DNA from: Mesotaenium endlicherianum
Lineage: Eukaryota
DNA length: 39,435 bases
Direction of reading: 5' to 3'
Assembly: GCA_009602735.1 (NCBI GenBank)
Contig: WELA01000361.1
Span: 1 to 39,435, forward strand
This document shows, one piece after another, positions 1-11,833 of the stretch. A model generated the notes under the pieces. That model made no database searches. It was not told the origin of the DNA and was given only the letters and a program-made list of their open reading frames with translations. The position numbers and the translations under genes are program-made. How positions within the stretch are numbered: the first letter of the stretch is position 1; the number at the start of each line of letters is the position of its first letter.

Positions 1-483
1 GAGGACGCCGGCCGGCCCGCCACGATGCACCGGGGGGCTCTGGCGTACCTCCGAGAGAGGCTGCTGTTCGACGGCGTGATTGTGACAGACTGCCTCGAGA
101 TGGGAGCTATCGTGAAGCACTACACGGTTCCGGAGGCTGCTGTTCTGGCGGTCCTAGCTGGCGTCGACATGCTGCTGATCTGTCACACGGAGGCGCGCCA
201 GGTGGCGGCGATCGACGCGATCGCGGAGGCCGTGCTCGGCGGCCGGCTCGCTCTGTCCGCCGTGAAGCAGGCGGGGCAAAGGATCAGCCAGCTGGCGAGA
301 ACATACTATCGGCCGCCGCCCCCCGCCGGCAACGCGTACGAGGAGGGCTATGCCCTTGCTAAGCTGCGACGCGTGGGGTGCAAGGAGCACAGAGACATTG
401 CCGCCAACATTACGCATCAAGCTGCCGTCAACCAGGCCCGCCACGAGGGCCGCCTGAGGGCCGACATCGCGAGAGAGCTCTGA
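1..483 (+). CDS. nagZ: GH3 beta-N-acetylglucosaminidase (NagZ-like), 3' part of last exon; copy 1, truncated by window start
   Basis: Frame open from base 1 to TGA at 481-483; same sequence as 5423-5905. Contains the GH3 nucleophile region FDGVIVTDCLEMGAI and AGVDMLLICH. Confidence 0.88.
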   Translation, partial: EDAGRPATMHRGALAYLRERLLFDGVIVTDCLEMGAIVKHYTVPEAAVLAVLAGVDMLLICHTEARQVAAIDAIAEAVLGGRLALSAVKQAGQRISQLARTYYRPPPPAGNAYEEGYALAKLRRVGCKEHRDIAANITHQAAVNQARHEGRLRADIAREL

Positions 484-494
484 GTTTGCGTAGC

Positions 495-560
495 GCGTTG
501 ACCGAGTGCTGACCCCAGCGTTGACCGAGCACTGACCGGGCGTTGACCGGGCGTTGGTCG
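495..560. repeat. Short degenerate 10-11 bp tandem repeat (GCGTTGACCGG-like) just after the NagZ stop; also at 5917-5982
   Basis: gcgttgaccga gtgctgacccca gcgttgaccga gcactgaccgg gcgttgaccgg gcgttggtcg. Confidence 0.8.
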
Positions 561-1743
561 CTCTCGCTGCTTGCTCTTGAGGCTGGGGCCCCTTTTCGGG
601 CTTGCACACATGTACATATGAGTTGGTTTCTTCTGTCCCGCTTTGGGTTTCCTTTTGCCTCTCGTCAAGCACGACTCAGTGGAGCGTTCTATGTCCCACG
701 TGCGTGAGAGCATTCATCGGCTTATGAGCTTCTCTTTGTTTTTATACAAGGGTGAAGACCGCCTGTCCGCTGAGTTGGCTAGTGATCAACTTCAGCCAAA
801 TGTGGGGACAGATTGTTTCCATGACACGTACATATGGCCCGTCCTGAAGGCAGCCGAGCTCGTCGTTTGGCAATATTGGGTACTGCTCGGAGAGAATTCG
901 AGCGCAAAGTGTAGAGGAGAACTATAGCTCTCAAGCTTTACGCTCAATATGAGCTTAAAGGTTCATGATGCAGACCATTCATACGCACAAGGCATTTATT
1001 ATCGGTGCAAGACCTATTGTGGTCCCTCAAGTGCGCGTCCATCGCGCGTTTAGTGATTCTATAAATGGCGACACTAGTGTTGCATAACAGGAATCAAAGA
1101 GTAGAAAATATCCTTGAGGGGCAAAGTATACCACCACAGTATTTGTATGCTGGGAATATACGATTGAGATTAGTTCTCTAGCTAGATCGCCCATAAATAT
1201 CGTATTAATCAATGTGTTTTAAAGTAGAGAGATGTATTCGTGACTTTAAGCAACAAGCATTCATGCACAGGTAGGCATCTTTTGCTTCTTGAGTGCTGGC
1301 ATGCACACAGGCGGCAAATAATTTCTGCTCGCATGAGCTCTGCTGCTAAGAAAAGACTCAACCGAATGAGTGTCTGCTACTATAAGACAATGCAATAACT
1401 CATATATGCATTTGGCCACCTTACTATTTTGCAAATATGTAATAAACACCAAGGGGGCCTTGGCCTCTTCTGCATTCCTTTCAGCAGATAAGTCGTCTCA
1501 GAGAACCCATTGCTCATTGCTATCTTGGTGCAGTTGCAGCGGTGCACCACTGGAACGCCGCACGAACGTCGCCAAACAACGTCGAGAGCGCACATCTATC
1601 AGCTCAACTCAGATTTCTCCTATCAAATAGGGCCCTGTGGTATGCGCCCCTCTGTCTTTCCCCCCCCAAAAAAACTAAACAGCAGGCGATATATTTTGAC
1701 GTACTACACACTGACTGCTCAAAGAGAAGGTGGGGAACGGTAA

Positions 1744-3005
1744 TCACAATAGTGATACAGCAGGGCCTGCGGCTGTCGGGTGCATCTTGTTTTTTGTCAG
1801 CCAAGCTCGCAGCAGCTGCACGGCTTCCTCCGACAACTTGCTCGTTTCGGGGTCTGTCGAGGCGGCTGCCAGCTGCAGCAGGGACTCCGCCAGGCCTGCT
1901 CGACACATGGCTGATGCTGCTTCATCTGCCACATCCATTCCCCCCCCCCCNNNNNNNNNNNNNNNNNNNNNNNNNNNCCCCCCCCCCCGGGGTGCCCCCC
2001 AAAAAAAGCGAGGTGAAAGACTTGAATAAGATTTGAAAGACAGGGGTCATACTCTGTGGTTGGAAGTGGCATCTTGCATGTTCACGTGCACTGCGGGGCA
2101 CTTTGAGAGGGAAGAAGGCGAAAGAGAAGAGGGGAGGGGCAGGGGGGCGAGGGAGGGGGATAGAAAAAGGGGACACTGGAAAAAGGCGTGAAAGGGAGTG
2201 CAAGCAAGGACAGAGAGAGGAGACCAAAAGGTTTTCATCAACTGGGGCGCACGGCGCGAGGGAGAACTGCGCGCGGGGCGGTAGGAGAATCGCTCGTACC
2301 AGACTGGGCGAGATTGGCAAACGCTTTCGCCGCCGCCCTGAGCGTGGCGGTGTCGTGCGAGGTGGCGACGAGCGCGCTCAGGTGCTCGATCCCGCCGGCC
2401 TCCACGATCCTGCGCCTCCTCTCGTCTGAGCTCCGGCAAAGACAGAGTGGGCACGCGAGAGAGCCCGCCTCGTGGCGGGGTCAGATGGGGTGCGTTTTAA
2501 GTATCCAGCTTCACTGACACGTGTAACGGGGTTTGTTTCAAAAGCTGCTGATCTGTGGTGCACGCTGCGTATAACATGTGCACACTATGCGAGAGGGAAC
2601 ACAGACGTCCCTAAACCCTAGGCCCTGAATGCATTAGAGACAGGACACGCGAGGGCACCAGGAGCATGCATGCAATCGAGGGCGCGTCTGTGTGCGTGTG
2701 TAACACGCATTCCCTCTCGCCTGAGAGAAACACACATATAAACACACAGAGAGACACACGAACAAAGACGCAAGTATGCGCACACAGGCACACGCACACG
2801 TTATTCACCAAGCAAGAGGAGGGAGGAAGCAATGACCAGTGGCGGTGAGCGAAGAGGGACAAAAAGCGAGCAGAAAAGGCACGAGCGGGCACCAGCTGGC
2901 ACTCACTGTTGGTAGCGATGAGATCGACGCGCGTGGCGGCGCTGCATTGAAGCAGGGGGTCCTTGGCCTTCAGGAGCGCGACCGACTGAGTCAGCATGCT
3001 GCCAC
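1744..3005 (-). CDS. Small ARM-repeat protein, 3' exons (copy 1): 3005-2907, 2425-2300, 1925-1744
   Basis: All junctions are GT-AG with matching phase 1. Joined peptide: GSMLTQSVALLKAKDPLLQCSAATRVDLIATNNERRRRIVEAGGIEHLSALVATSHDTATLRAAAKAFANLAQSDEAASAMCRAGLAESLLQL...*. IVEAGGI..L..L and A.KA.ANLA are armadillo-repeat patterns, resembling a small plant-conserved ARM protein family. Confidence 0.75.
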
Positions 3006-4668
3006 CTGCACACCGGCGGGCCCACCCACGCGTCAGCGCGCTGCCACCTGTCCGTAAGCCGGGCGGCGGGCGCCCCCCCCCGACCTCTCCAAATCATGAG
3101 CACAAAGCACGCACACATCCCTTCTATGTGGTTTGTTCTCTCGCTGTCCGTCTCTGGTTGCCCGTCTCTCGTTGCCCATGGGTGCCAATCGACCACCGAA
3201 ACGGAAAGGGGAGAAGAGTAATACAGTGTACACAAAGTTCAGAGTACCAAAGATCAACACGGCATGAGCCACACCACGCCTCCGGCCTTTGGTGGTCCCC
3301 ATAAAACTCTCCATCCACACAAGGTCCAGAGCAAGCACCCGAGGTTGCCGAACAGGCGCAAGCAAGTGCCGTTGCATGCCTTTATACACACACGCACACA
3401 CACACAAGCACTCATACACACCTACAACCACAAATACGGGCGCGCGTGCGCACATCGTGCTGCCCCTCTCTGCAGCACTGGACCAACACCAACCCCCCCC
3501 TTCCCCCTCCCCCCCGCCCCCGACACCTGATGAATCCGCCGCTTACCACCAGCCTCCTCCCCTACGCATACACATGGACGCTATGAGGGGAGCAGGTGTG
3601 CGCAGACGGGAGCAGGGGTTGGCACGTCGTGCCCCACGCCCGCCAGTCCCGTTGATGCGCAGAGCCATGAGCCGGAAGCACTGACTCGACACCAATTTCT
3701 TCTTCTTCCTTTTTTATGGAAGAATTCTTCTCCAGAGCAAGAAGGGATTCCCGGAAAGCTCACCACCACCCCAAGCCCCTCCCAGGCGCCGTTGCCATCA
3801 CTGGTGGATTCTACGCAGGTGGACCCCACTAATGGGTGGACCCCACTGAGGGGTGGACCTGCTCCGTCTCCCAGGAGAAGGAACAGGGGCCTGGGGGGCC
3901 CTCAGGCTTGCGAGGTGAGTCGAGTTTAGGGGGGTCACGAGCTTCCAGGGCTCAGGGTTCTAGCCTTCATCCCATACCAAGATAAGGTCTTAGGGTTGGA
4001 GGTTTCGAGTTTCTAGCCAGAAGCTAGCTCATGGCTTAAACCCAGAGTTTAAGAAGACTGCCACTGCTTGGGGCTGGCTTGTGGCTGTAGCGCTCAGGCT
4101 CAGGCTCAGGCTGGAGCTCGAGCTCGAGCTCGATTTTGGGGGGTTGAGCTCGAGCTCGAGGAGGGCTCAGCTGCTCCTCTCCAAGAGTGGCGGGGGACCG
4201 CCCGGGAGCGCGCGAGAGGAGAGGTCCAGGATGACCGAGGAGAGGAGAGGAGAGAGAGAAAGGAGACCCGGACAGGCCCCTGCTTGACGAGTGGGGATGT
4301 TCGGATGGGCCCCGCGCTCGTCGTCTCAAGGGAGAATAGCGCCCCGAGAGGGGCTCCTGGGTTGCGCAGAGAAGAAGAGGAGGAGGAGGAGGAGGAGCAG
4401 GAGGAGGAGGAGGAGGAGGACAACCCAAAAGGGCCCCGCTTGAAGGCTCCGTACGTGTGCAGGACCGCGCGCGTCTGCCCTCTCAAGGAAAGGGCAGCAC
4501 TTCGAGAGGTAAGGTGCGGCAGAGAGGGTCCCGCATGGAAGGGAAGAGAGGGGAAGGAGTAAAAAGGAAGGAGCCCGATTGGGGGCCCGCAGGGGCCCGC
4601 ATTGTGCCGTCCCAAGGGCCAGCAGCTCCCCGAGTGGTCCCGGCGCGGGTGCCGCCAGGTGTCAGCGC
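2323..4668. repeat. Duplicated segment C, copy 1 (matches 7374-9719, offset 5051)
   Basis: Identical ORF translations at offset 5051; ends at the single N at 4669. Confidence 0.95.
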
Positions 4669-4882
4669 NAGTTTAGGGCTCAGGGCTGTTTTTCTCTATC
4701 TCAAGTGGAAGAGCTGAAATTTTCTGCCCTGAACCTTTCTCGAGTGCACTACTCCCGTCCATCAAAAAGGTTGCATGCACATGCATAAAGTATGTGTGTG
4801 GTAACTTCATCTTGGAGAATGTCTGTGTGCAAGCCACGCTGAGCTGGCGGCGCGGTGGTGGGGGTGGTGCTGCTGCTGCCAG

Positions 4883-5905
4883 GTGGCGCGGCTGTGCGCA
4901 GACCTCAAGCGGGAGGCCGGCGGGAGGGCGCTGCTGCTGATGGTGGATCAGGAGGGAGGGAAAGTTTCCCGCTTGGGGCCCCCCTTCACAGCTGTCCCCT
5001 CCGCTGACGTCATCGGGGCCTCCTGTGACACGGACAACGCGGCGGCAGCTGGCAGCATCCTGGGTAGGGAGCTGCGAGCTGTCAACATCGACATGGACCT
5101 CGCTCCCGTCGTGGACGTGAACACGAACCCGAAGAACCCGGTGATAGGTAAGCGGGCGTACGCGAGCGAGCCCGCGCGGGTGTGCCAGATGGCGTATGCG
5201 TGCGTGCGGGGGCTGCAGCGGGAGGGCGTGGCGGCGTGCGTGAAGCACTACCCGGGACACGGCGACACCTCGCTCGACAGCCACCTGGAGCTGCCAAGCG
5301 TCGGCCACGGGCTCGAGCGCCTGGAGCGCGTCGAGCTGGCGCCCTTCCGGGCGGCGGTGGAGGCCGACGTGGCGGCGGTGATGGTCGCCCACGTGGCCGT
5401 CCCCGCGCTCGCCAGGTGGCGCGAGGACGCCGGCCGGCCCGCCACGATGCACCGGGGGGCTCTGGCGTACCTCCGAGAGAGGCTGCTGTTCGACGGCGTG
5501 ATTGTGACAGACTGCCTCGAGATGGGAGCTATCGTGAAGCACTACACGGTTCCGGAGGCTGCTGTTCTGGCGGTCCTAGCTGGCGTCGACATGCTGCTGA
5601 TCTGTCACACGGAGGCGCGCCAGGTGGCGGCGATCGACGCGATCGCGGAGGCCGTGCTCGGCGGCCGGCTCGCTCTGTCCGCCGTGAAGCAGGCGGGGCA
5701 AAGGATCAGCCAGCTGGCGAGAACATACTATCGGCCGCCGCCCCCCGCCGGCAACGCGTACGAGGAGGGCTATGCCCTTGCTAAGCTGCGACGCGTGGGG
5801 TGCAAGGAGCACAGAGACATTGCCGCCAACATTACGCATCAAGCTGCCGTCAACCAGGCCCGCCACGAGGGCCGCCTGAGGGCCGACATCGCGAGAGAGC
5901 TCTGA
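4883..5905 (+). CDS. nagZ: GH3 beta-N-acetylglucosaminidase (NagZ-like), large terminal exon; N-terminal exon(s) not present in this copy
   Basis: Motifs VDQEGGKVSRL, APVVDV, KHYPGHGDTSLDSH (NagZ signature KH(F/Y)PGHGx4DSH with the Asp-His dyad) and VTDCLEM. The ORF begins right after a CCAG acceptor (AG at 4881-4882), so GTG at 4883 is an internal Val, not a start codon. Confidence 0.92.
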   Translation: MARLCADLKREAGGRALLLMVDQEGGKVSRLGPPFTAVPSADVIGASCDTDNAAAAGSILGRELRAVNIDMDLAPVVDVNTNPKNPVIGKRAYASEPARVCQMAYACVRGLQREGVAACVKHYPGHGDTSLDSHLELPSVGHGLERLERVELAPFRAAVEADVAAVMVAHVAVPALARWREDAGRPATMHRGALAYLRERLLFDGVIVTDCLEMGAIVKHYTVPEAAVLAVLAGVDMLLICHTEARQVAAIDAIAEAVLGGRLALSAVKQAGQRISQLARTYYRPPPPAGNAYEEGYALAKLRRVGCKEHRDIAANITHQAAVNQARHEGRLRADIAREL

Positions 5906-7372
5906 GTTTGCGTAGCGCGTTGACCGAGTGCTGACCCCAGCGTTGACCGAGCACTGACCGGGCGTTGACCGGGCGTTGGTCGCTCTCGCTGCTTGCTCTT
6001 GAGGCTGGGGCCCCTTTTCGGGCTTGCACACATGTACATATGAGTTGGTTTCTTCTGTCCCGCTTTGGGTTTCCTTTTGCCTCTCGTCAAGCACGACTCA
6101 GTGGAGCGTTCTATGTCCCACGTGCGTGAGAGCATTCATCGGCTTATGAGCTTCTCTTTGTTTTTATACAAGGGTGAAGACCGCCTGTCCGCTGAGTTGG
6201 CTAGTGATCAACTTCAGCCAAATGTGGGGACAGATTGTTTCCATGACACGTACATATGGCCCGTCCTGAAGGCAGCCGAGCTCGTCGTTTGGCAATATTG
6301 GGTACTGCTCGGAGAGAATTCGAGCGCAAAGTGTAGAGGAGAACTATAGCTCTCAAGCTTTACGCTCAATATGAGCTTAAAGGTTCATGATGCAGACCAT
6401 TCATACGCACAAGGCATTTATTATCGGTGCAAGACCTATTGTGGTCCCTCAAGTGCGCGTCCATCGCGCGTTTAGTGATTCTATAAATGGCGACACTAGT
6501 GTTGCATAACAGGAATCAAAGAGTAGAAAATATCCTTGAGGGGCAAAGTATACCACCACAGTATTTGTATGCTGGGAATATACGATTGAGATTAGTTCTC
6601 TAGCTAGATCGCCCATAAATATCGTATTAATCAATGTGTTTTAAAGTAGAGAGATGTATTCGTGACTTTAAGCAACAAGCATTCATGCACAGGTAGGCAT
6701 CTTTTGCTTCTTGAGTGCTGGCATGCACACAGGCGGCAAATAATTTCTGCTCGCATGAGCTCTGCTGCTAAGAAAAGACTCAACCGAATGAGTGTCTGCT
6801 ACTATAAGACAATGCAATAACTCATATATGCATTTGGCCACCTTACTATTTTGCAAATATGTAATAAACACCAAGGGGGCCTTGGCCTCTTCTGCATTCC
6901 TTTCAGCAGATAAGTCGTCTCAGAGAACCCATTGCTCATTGCTATCTTGGTGCAGTTGCAGCGGTGCACCACTGGAACGCCGCACGAACGTCGCCAAACA
7001 ACGTCGAGAGCGCACATCTATCAGCTCAACTCAGATTTCTCCTATCAAATAGGGCCCTGTGGTATGCGCCCCTCTGTCTTTCCCCCCCCAAAAAAACTAA
7101 ACAGCAGGCGATATATTTTGACGTACTACACACTGACTGCTCAAAGAGAAGGTGGGGAACGGTAATCACAATAGTGATACAGCAGGGCCTGCGGCTGTCG
7201 GGTGCATCTTGTTTTTTGTCAGCCAAGCTCGCAGCAGCTGCACGGCTTCCTCCGACAACTTGCTCGTTTCGGGGTCTGTCGAGGCGGCTGCCAGCTGCAG
7301 CAGGGACTCCGCCAGGCCTGCTCGACACATGGCTGATGCTGCTTCATCTGCCACATCCATTCCCCCCCCCCC
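5423..7372. repeat. Duplicated segment A, copy 2
   Basis: Matches 1-1950; ends in poly-C at the single N at 7373. Confidence 0.95.
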
Positions 7373-10300
7373 NGCTTTCGCCGCCGCCCTGAGCGTGGCG
7401 GTGTCGTGCGAGGTGGCGACGAGCGCGCTCAGGTGCTCGATCCCGCCGGCCTCCACGATCCTGCGCCTCCTCTCGTCTGAGCTCCGGCAAAGACAGAGTG
7501 GGCACGCGAGAGAGCCCGCCTCGTGGCGGGGTCAGATGGGGTGCGTTTTAAGTATCCAGCTTCACTGACACGTGTAACGGGGTTTGTTTCAAAAGCTGCT
7601 GATCTGTGGTGCACGCTGCGTATAACATGTGCACACTATGCGAGAGGGAACACAGACGTCCCTAAACCCTAGGCCCTGAATGCATTAGAGACAGGACACG
7701 CGAGGGCACCAGGAGCATGCATGCAATCGAGGGCGCGTCTGTGTGCGTGTGTAACACGCATTCCCTCTCGCCTGAGAGAAACACACATATAAACACACAG
7801 AGAGACACACGAACAAAGACGCAAGTATGCGCACACAGGCACACGCACACGTTATTCACCAAGCAAGAGGAGGGAGGAAGCAATGACCAGTGGCGGTGAG
7901 CGAAGAGGGACAAAAAGCGAGCAGAAAAGGCACGAGCGGGCACCAGCTGGCACTCACTGTTGGTAGCGATGAGATCGACGCGCGTGGCGGCGCTGCATTG
8001 AAGCAGGGGGTCCTTGGCCTTCAGGAGCGCGACCGACTGAGTCAGCATGCTGCCACCTGCACACCGGCGGGCCCACCCACGCGTCAGCGCGCTGCCACCT
8101 GTCCGTAAGCCGGGCGGCGGGCGCCCCCCCCCGACCTCTCCAAATCATGAGCACAAAGCACGCACACATCCCTTCTATGTGGTTTGTTCTCTCGCTGTCC
8201 GTCTCTGGTTGCCCGTCTCTCGTTGCCCATGGGTGCCAATCGACCACCGAAACGGAAAGGGGAGAAGAGTAATACAGTGTACACAAAGTTCAGAGTACCA
8301 AAGATCAACACGGCATGAGCCACACCACGCCTCCGGCCTTTGGTGGTCCCCATAAAACTCTCCATCCACACAAGGTCCAGAGCAAGCACCCGAGGTTGCC
8401 GAACAGGCGCAAGCAAGTGCCGTTGCATGCCTTTATACACACACGCACACACACACAAGCACTCATACACACCTACAACCACAAATACGGGCGCGCGTGC
8501 GCACATCGTGCTGCCCCTCTCTGCAGCACTGGACCAACACCAACCCCCCCCTTCCCCCTCCCCCCCGCCCCCGACACCTGATGAATCCGCCGCTTACCAC
8601 CAGCCTCCTCCCCTACGCATACACATGGACGCTATGAGGGGAGCAGGTGTGCGCAGACGGGAGCAGGGGTTGGCACGTCGTGCCCCACGCCCGCCAGTCC
8701 CGTTGATGCGCAGAGCCATGAGCCGGAAGCACTGACTCGACACCAATTTCTTCTTCTTCCTTTTTTATGGAAGAATTCTTCTCCAGAGCAAGAAGGGATT
8801 CCCGGAAAGCTCACCACCACCCCAAGCCCCTCCCAGGCGCCGTTGCCATCACTGGTGGATTCTACGCAGGTGGACCCCACTAATGGGTGGACCCCACTGA
8901 GGGGTGGACCTGCTCCGTCTCCCAGGAGAAGGAACAGGGGCCTGGGGGGCCCTCAGGCTTGCGAGGTGAGTCGAGTTTAGGGGGGTCACGAGCTTCCAGG
9001 GCTCAGGGTTCTAGCCTTCATCCCATACCAAGATAAGGTCTTAGGGTTGGAGGTTTCGAGTTTCTAGCCAGAAGCTAGCTCATGGCTTAAACCCAGAGTT
9101 TAAGAAGACTGCCACTGCTTGGGGCTGGCTTGTGGCTGTAGCGCTCAGGCTCAGGCTCAGGCTGGAGCTCGAGCTCGAGCTCGATTTTGGGGGGTTGAGC
9201 TCGAGCTCGAGGAGGGCTCAGCTGCTCCTCTCCAAGAGTGGCGGGGGACCGCCCGGGAGCGCGCGAGAGGAGAGGTCCAGGATGACCGAGGAGAGGAGAG
9301 GAGAGAGAGAAAGGAGACCCGGACAGGCCCCTGCTTGACGAGTGGGGATGTTCGGATGGGCCCCGCGCTCGTCGTCTCAAGGGAGAATAGCGCCCCGAGA
9401 GGGGCTCCTGGGTTGCGCAGAGAAGAAGAGGAGGAGGAGGAGGAGGAGCAGGAGGAGGAGGAGGAGGAGGACAACCCAAAAGGGCCCCGCTTGAAGGCTC
9501 CGTACGTGTGCAGGACCGCGCGCGTCTGCCCTCTCAAGGAAAGGGCAGCACTTCGAGAGGTAAGGTGCGGCAGAGAGGGTCCCGCATGGAAGGGAAGAGA
9601 GGGGAAGGAGTAAAAAGGAAGGAGCCCGATTGGGGGCCCGCAGGGGCCCGCATTGTGCCGTCCCAAGGGCCAGCAGCTCCCCGAGTGGTCCCGGCGCGGG
9701 TGCCGCCAGGTGTCAGCGCAGCAGCGCAGCCGCGTGGCCCTGCTACGGGGGGCTCGCCAAGCGGCTTGCGTTGCACTAGAAATAGGTACTCTTGAGGGGA
9801 ACAGTAACGCCCAAGGGGGGGCTCCCCCAGACTCCAGCGGGGCTGAGAGAGGAGATGCGCAGCCGCGCTGACTGACATGCCGAGAGAAGCGCAGTTTGGC
9901 TTGGAAGCTCTCTACACGGCTGGCACTCGGCCTCTCAGGGGGAAGTAGGAGGGAAGAGTGAGGACACAGCCCCACACCCACTCTGGGGCGCCAGCAAGGA
10001 TTTCCAGTGAGGCGGCGACAGCGTGGTGGCGGTAGCCGGGTAGTGCGGGGCGAGAAAGGAAAGGTCTCCGCAATGGAGAAGTCGGACGACAGACGGGACC
10101 TAAGCAGTGCGCCCGTTTTTTTTGTTTTAGGGGGAGGAGGGTGACGCCAGTTGCGCATGTGCGCGCGTGCCACACAGCCCCGCAGGGCGAGAGAGAGGGA
10201 GAGAGAGTCCAGAGCAGCCCACGGCCTAGGGCTGGTGCACTTGAGGAGGAGGGACAGGTCCGGTTAGGGTTTTGGGGTTGCAAGGTTCGGGGTCTCTGAA

Positions 10301-10859
10301 GTGAGAGCTGAGGGGTACAGGGGTTTGAGGCCTGCCATATTTGGAGCCGCCGAAGCACGGCCTTGACTGGTGCACTTGGGAACAAGAGGGCACGGTTTGG
10401 GTCTGGATTTCGGGCTTGGGGTTTAAGGGTTCAGGGCCAGCCCTCGAGAGTCGGCCCGTGCGCAACGGGAGTGGGCTGAGAGGGAGCCGGCGAGGAGCTT
10501 CAGCGGGCATTAGGGTTCAACAATCGGGGGTTAGGGTAGAGGCAAGGGGCACGTGGCGGGCCGCTGGGAGGGAGAGAGCGAGCGAGCAAAGGCGTACCCA
10601 TGAGGGGCATGATGTTGACGCCGACGCACGTGAGCGTGACAGCTGCCAGCGCCTTGAGGGCCCACCCCGCCTTGAGGCGCTCGGGGTCACTCGATTCCTC
10701 CTCCCCCCCTTCGCCCTCCCCTCCGCCCACCTCCGGCTCCCCTGCCCCTGGCTCGGCTGCTGCTGCTGCTGCTGGTGCTTGTGTGCTGCTGATGGTGCTG
10801 ATGGTCCTGGCACCCCCGAAGCCTGTTTTGCGTGCGGACCCGAGTGGGAACGGGGGCAT
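7166..10859 (-). CDS. Same ARM-repeat protein (copy 2): exons 10859(or further 5')-10598, 8056-7958, 7476-7374 (cut at N 7373), 7347-7166
   Basis: The upstream exon encodes ...AGWALKALAAVTLTCVGVNIMPLMG (hydrophobic, TM-like) and ends G|GTACGC at 10598, in phase with the CAG acceptor before 8056. The true start is uncertain: ATG at 10859, or possibly an upstream exon from ATG 11491 to 11345. Confidence 0.7.
7374..9719. repeat. Duplicated segment C, copy 2
   Basis: Matches 2323-4668; continues without a break into unique sequence at 9720. Confidence 0.95.
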
Positions 10860-11792
10860 GCATGATGAGGAAGGGTCAGGGGCGTGTGCGCAAAAGGAAG
10901 GGCTATAAGGATCAGGTGTAAACGGGGTGTGGGGCTCGAGGGGCCAGGGGATCGAGGGACCCNNNNNNNNNNNNNNNNNNNNNNNNNNNNNNNNNNNNNN
11001 NNNNNNNNNNNNNNNNNNNNNNNNNNNNNNNNNNNNNNNNNNNNNNNNNNNNNNNNNNNNNNNNNNNNNNNNNNNNNNNNNNNNNNNNNNNNNNNNNNNN
11101 NNNNNNNNNNNNNNNNNNNNNNNNNNNNNNNNNNNNNNNNNNNNNNNNNNNCAGGGGATCGAGGGACCCGGGGGGGGGAGGGGGGGGGAGGAACTGGGGA
11201 GGCGGCGGGGCGGGGATTGAAAGCAGCTGCTGAGATAGGATGATGGGAGGGGGCCGGGGGCGACTGGGAGCAGCTACTGGGGAAGGATGAGAGGGACAGG
11301 GGATTGACTGGTGCTGGGCAGCAAGGGTTTTGCGTTTGGTTTACACGTTGCAGCACAAGCCGAGTCCTGAAGCCTTGCCTAAGAGCCTGGGTTGAGCCTG
11401 AGCCACTAACCCTTGCCACTAAAACCACGTATACAAAAGCCCAATGACCGCGATGCGTTACCAGGAACCTTGGAACCCTCGGAGTAGCCATAAACCCTCA
11501 ACACTGAAGGCCTGTCATTTGGAATGTCGTGTCAGAAGCCCCACAAGTACGGGATGCCTGGAGTAATGACAGCGTCTTCACATGGGAGTGGAAAGACTTG
11601 GAGATTCAAAACATTCAAGATTTGGTATTTGTTCCGGGTTCAGGGTTTAAGGCCAGGCTTTAAGCTGGGCGGGGAGGGGGGACTAGGAGGGAAGAGAGGA
11701 ACTGAGCTTTCATTAGGGGCTTTTAGCCCATGTGTCGTAAGCCGTTGACAATACACGAGAACATACTCAGTGCTACCATGTCGTCACTCGCG

Positions 11793-11833
<41 letters not shown>

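Larger units (their letters stand above)
1..1950. repeat. Duplicated segment A, copy 1 (matches 5423-7372, offset 5422)
   Basis: Identical by eye, and the ORF translations at offset 5422 are identical. Confidence 0.95.

Noticed and set aside
3819..3860. 17-bp repeat ggtggaccccact… (about 2.5 copies) with weak hairpin potential; CRISPR-like or MITE-like at a glance
   Set aside because: Head-to-tail with no unique spacers, no cas genes, and no terminal inverted repeats or target-site duplication; eukaryotic intron context.
4673..5784. Overlapping and antisense ORFs (289 aa minus, 200 aa plus) over NagZ
   Set aside because: Shadow frames of a high-GC3 coding exon, with no recognisable motifs.
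9087..10385. Low-complexity ORFs (poly-E/S/P, ELELE) here and at 4036-4615
   Set aside because: They lie within the ARM gene intron whose flanking exons join in phase without them; explained by GAG and GAGCTC repeats.
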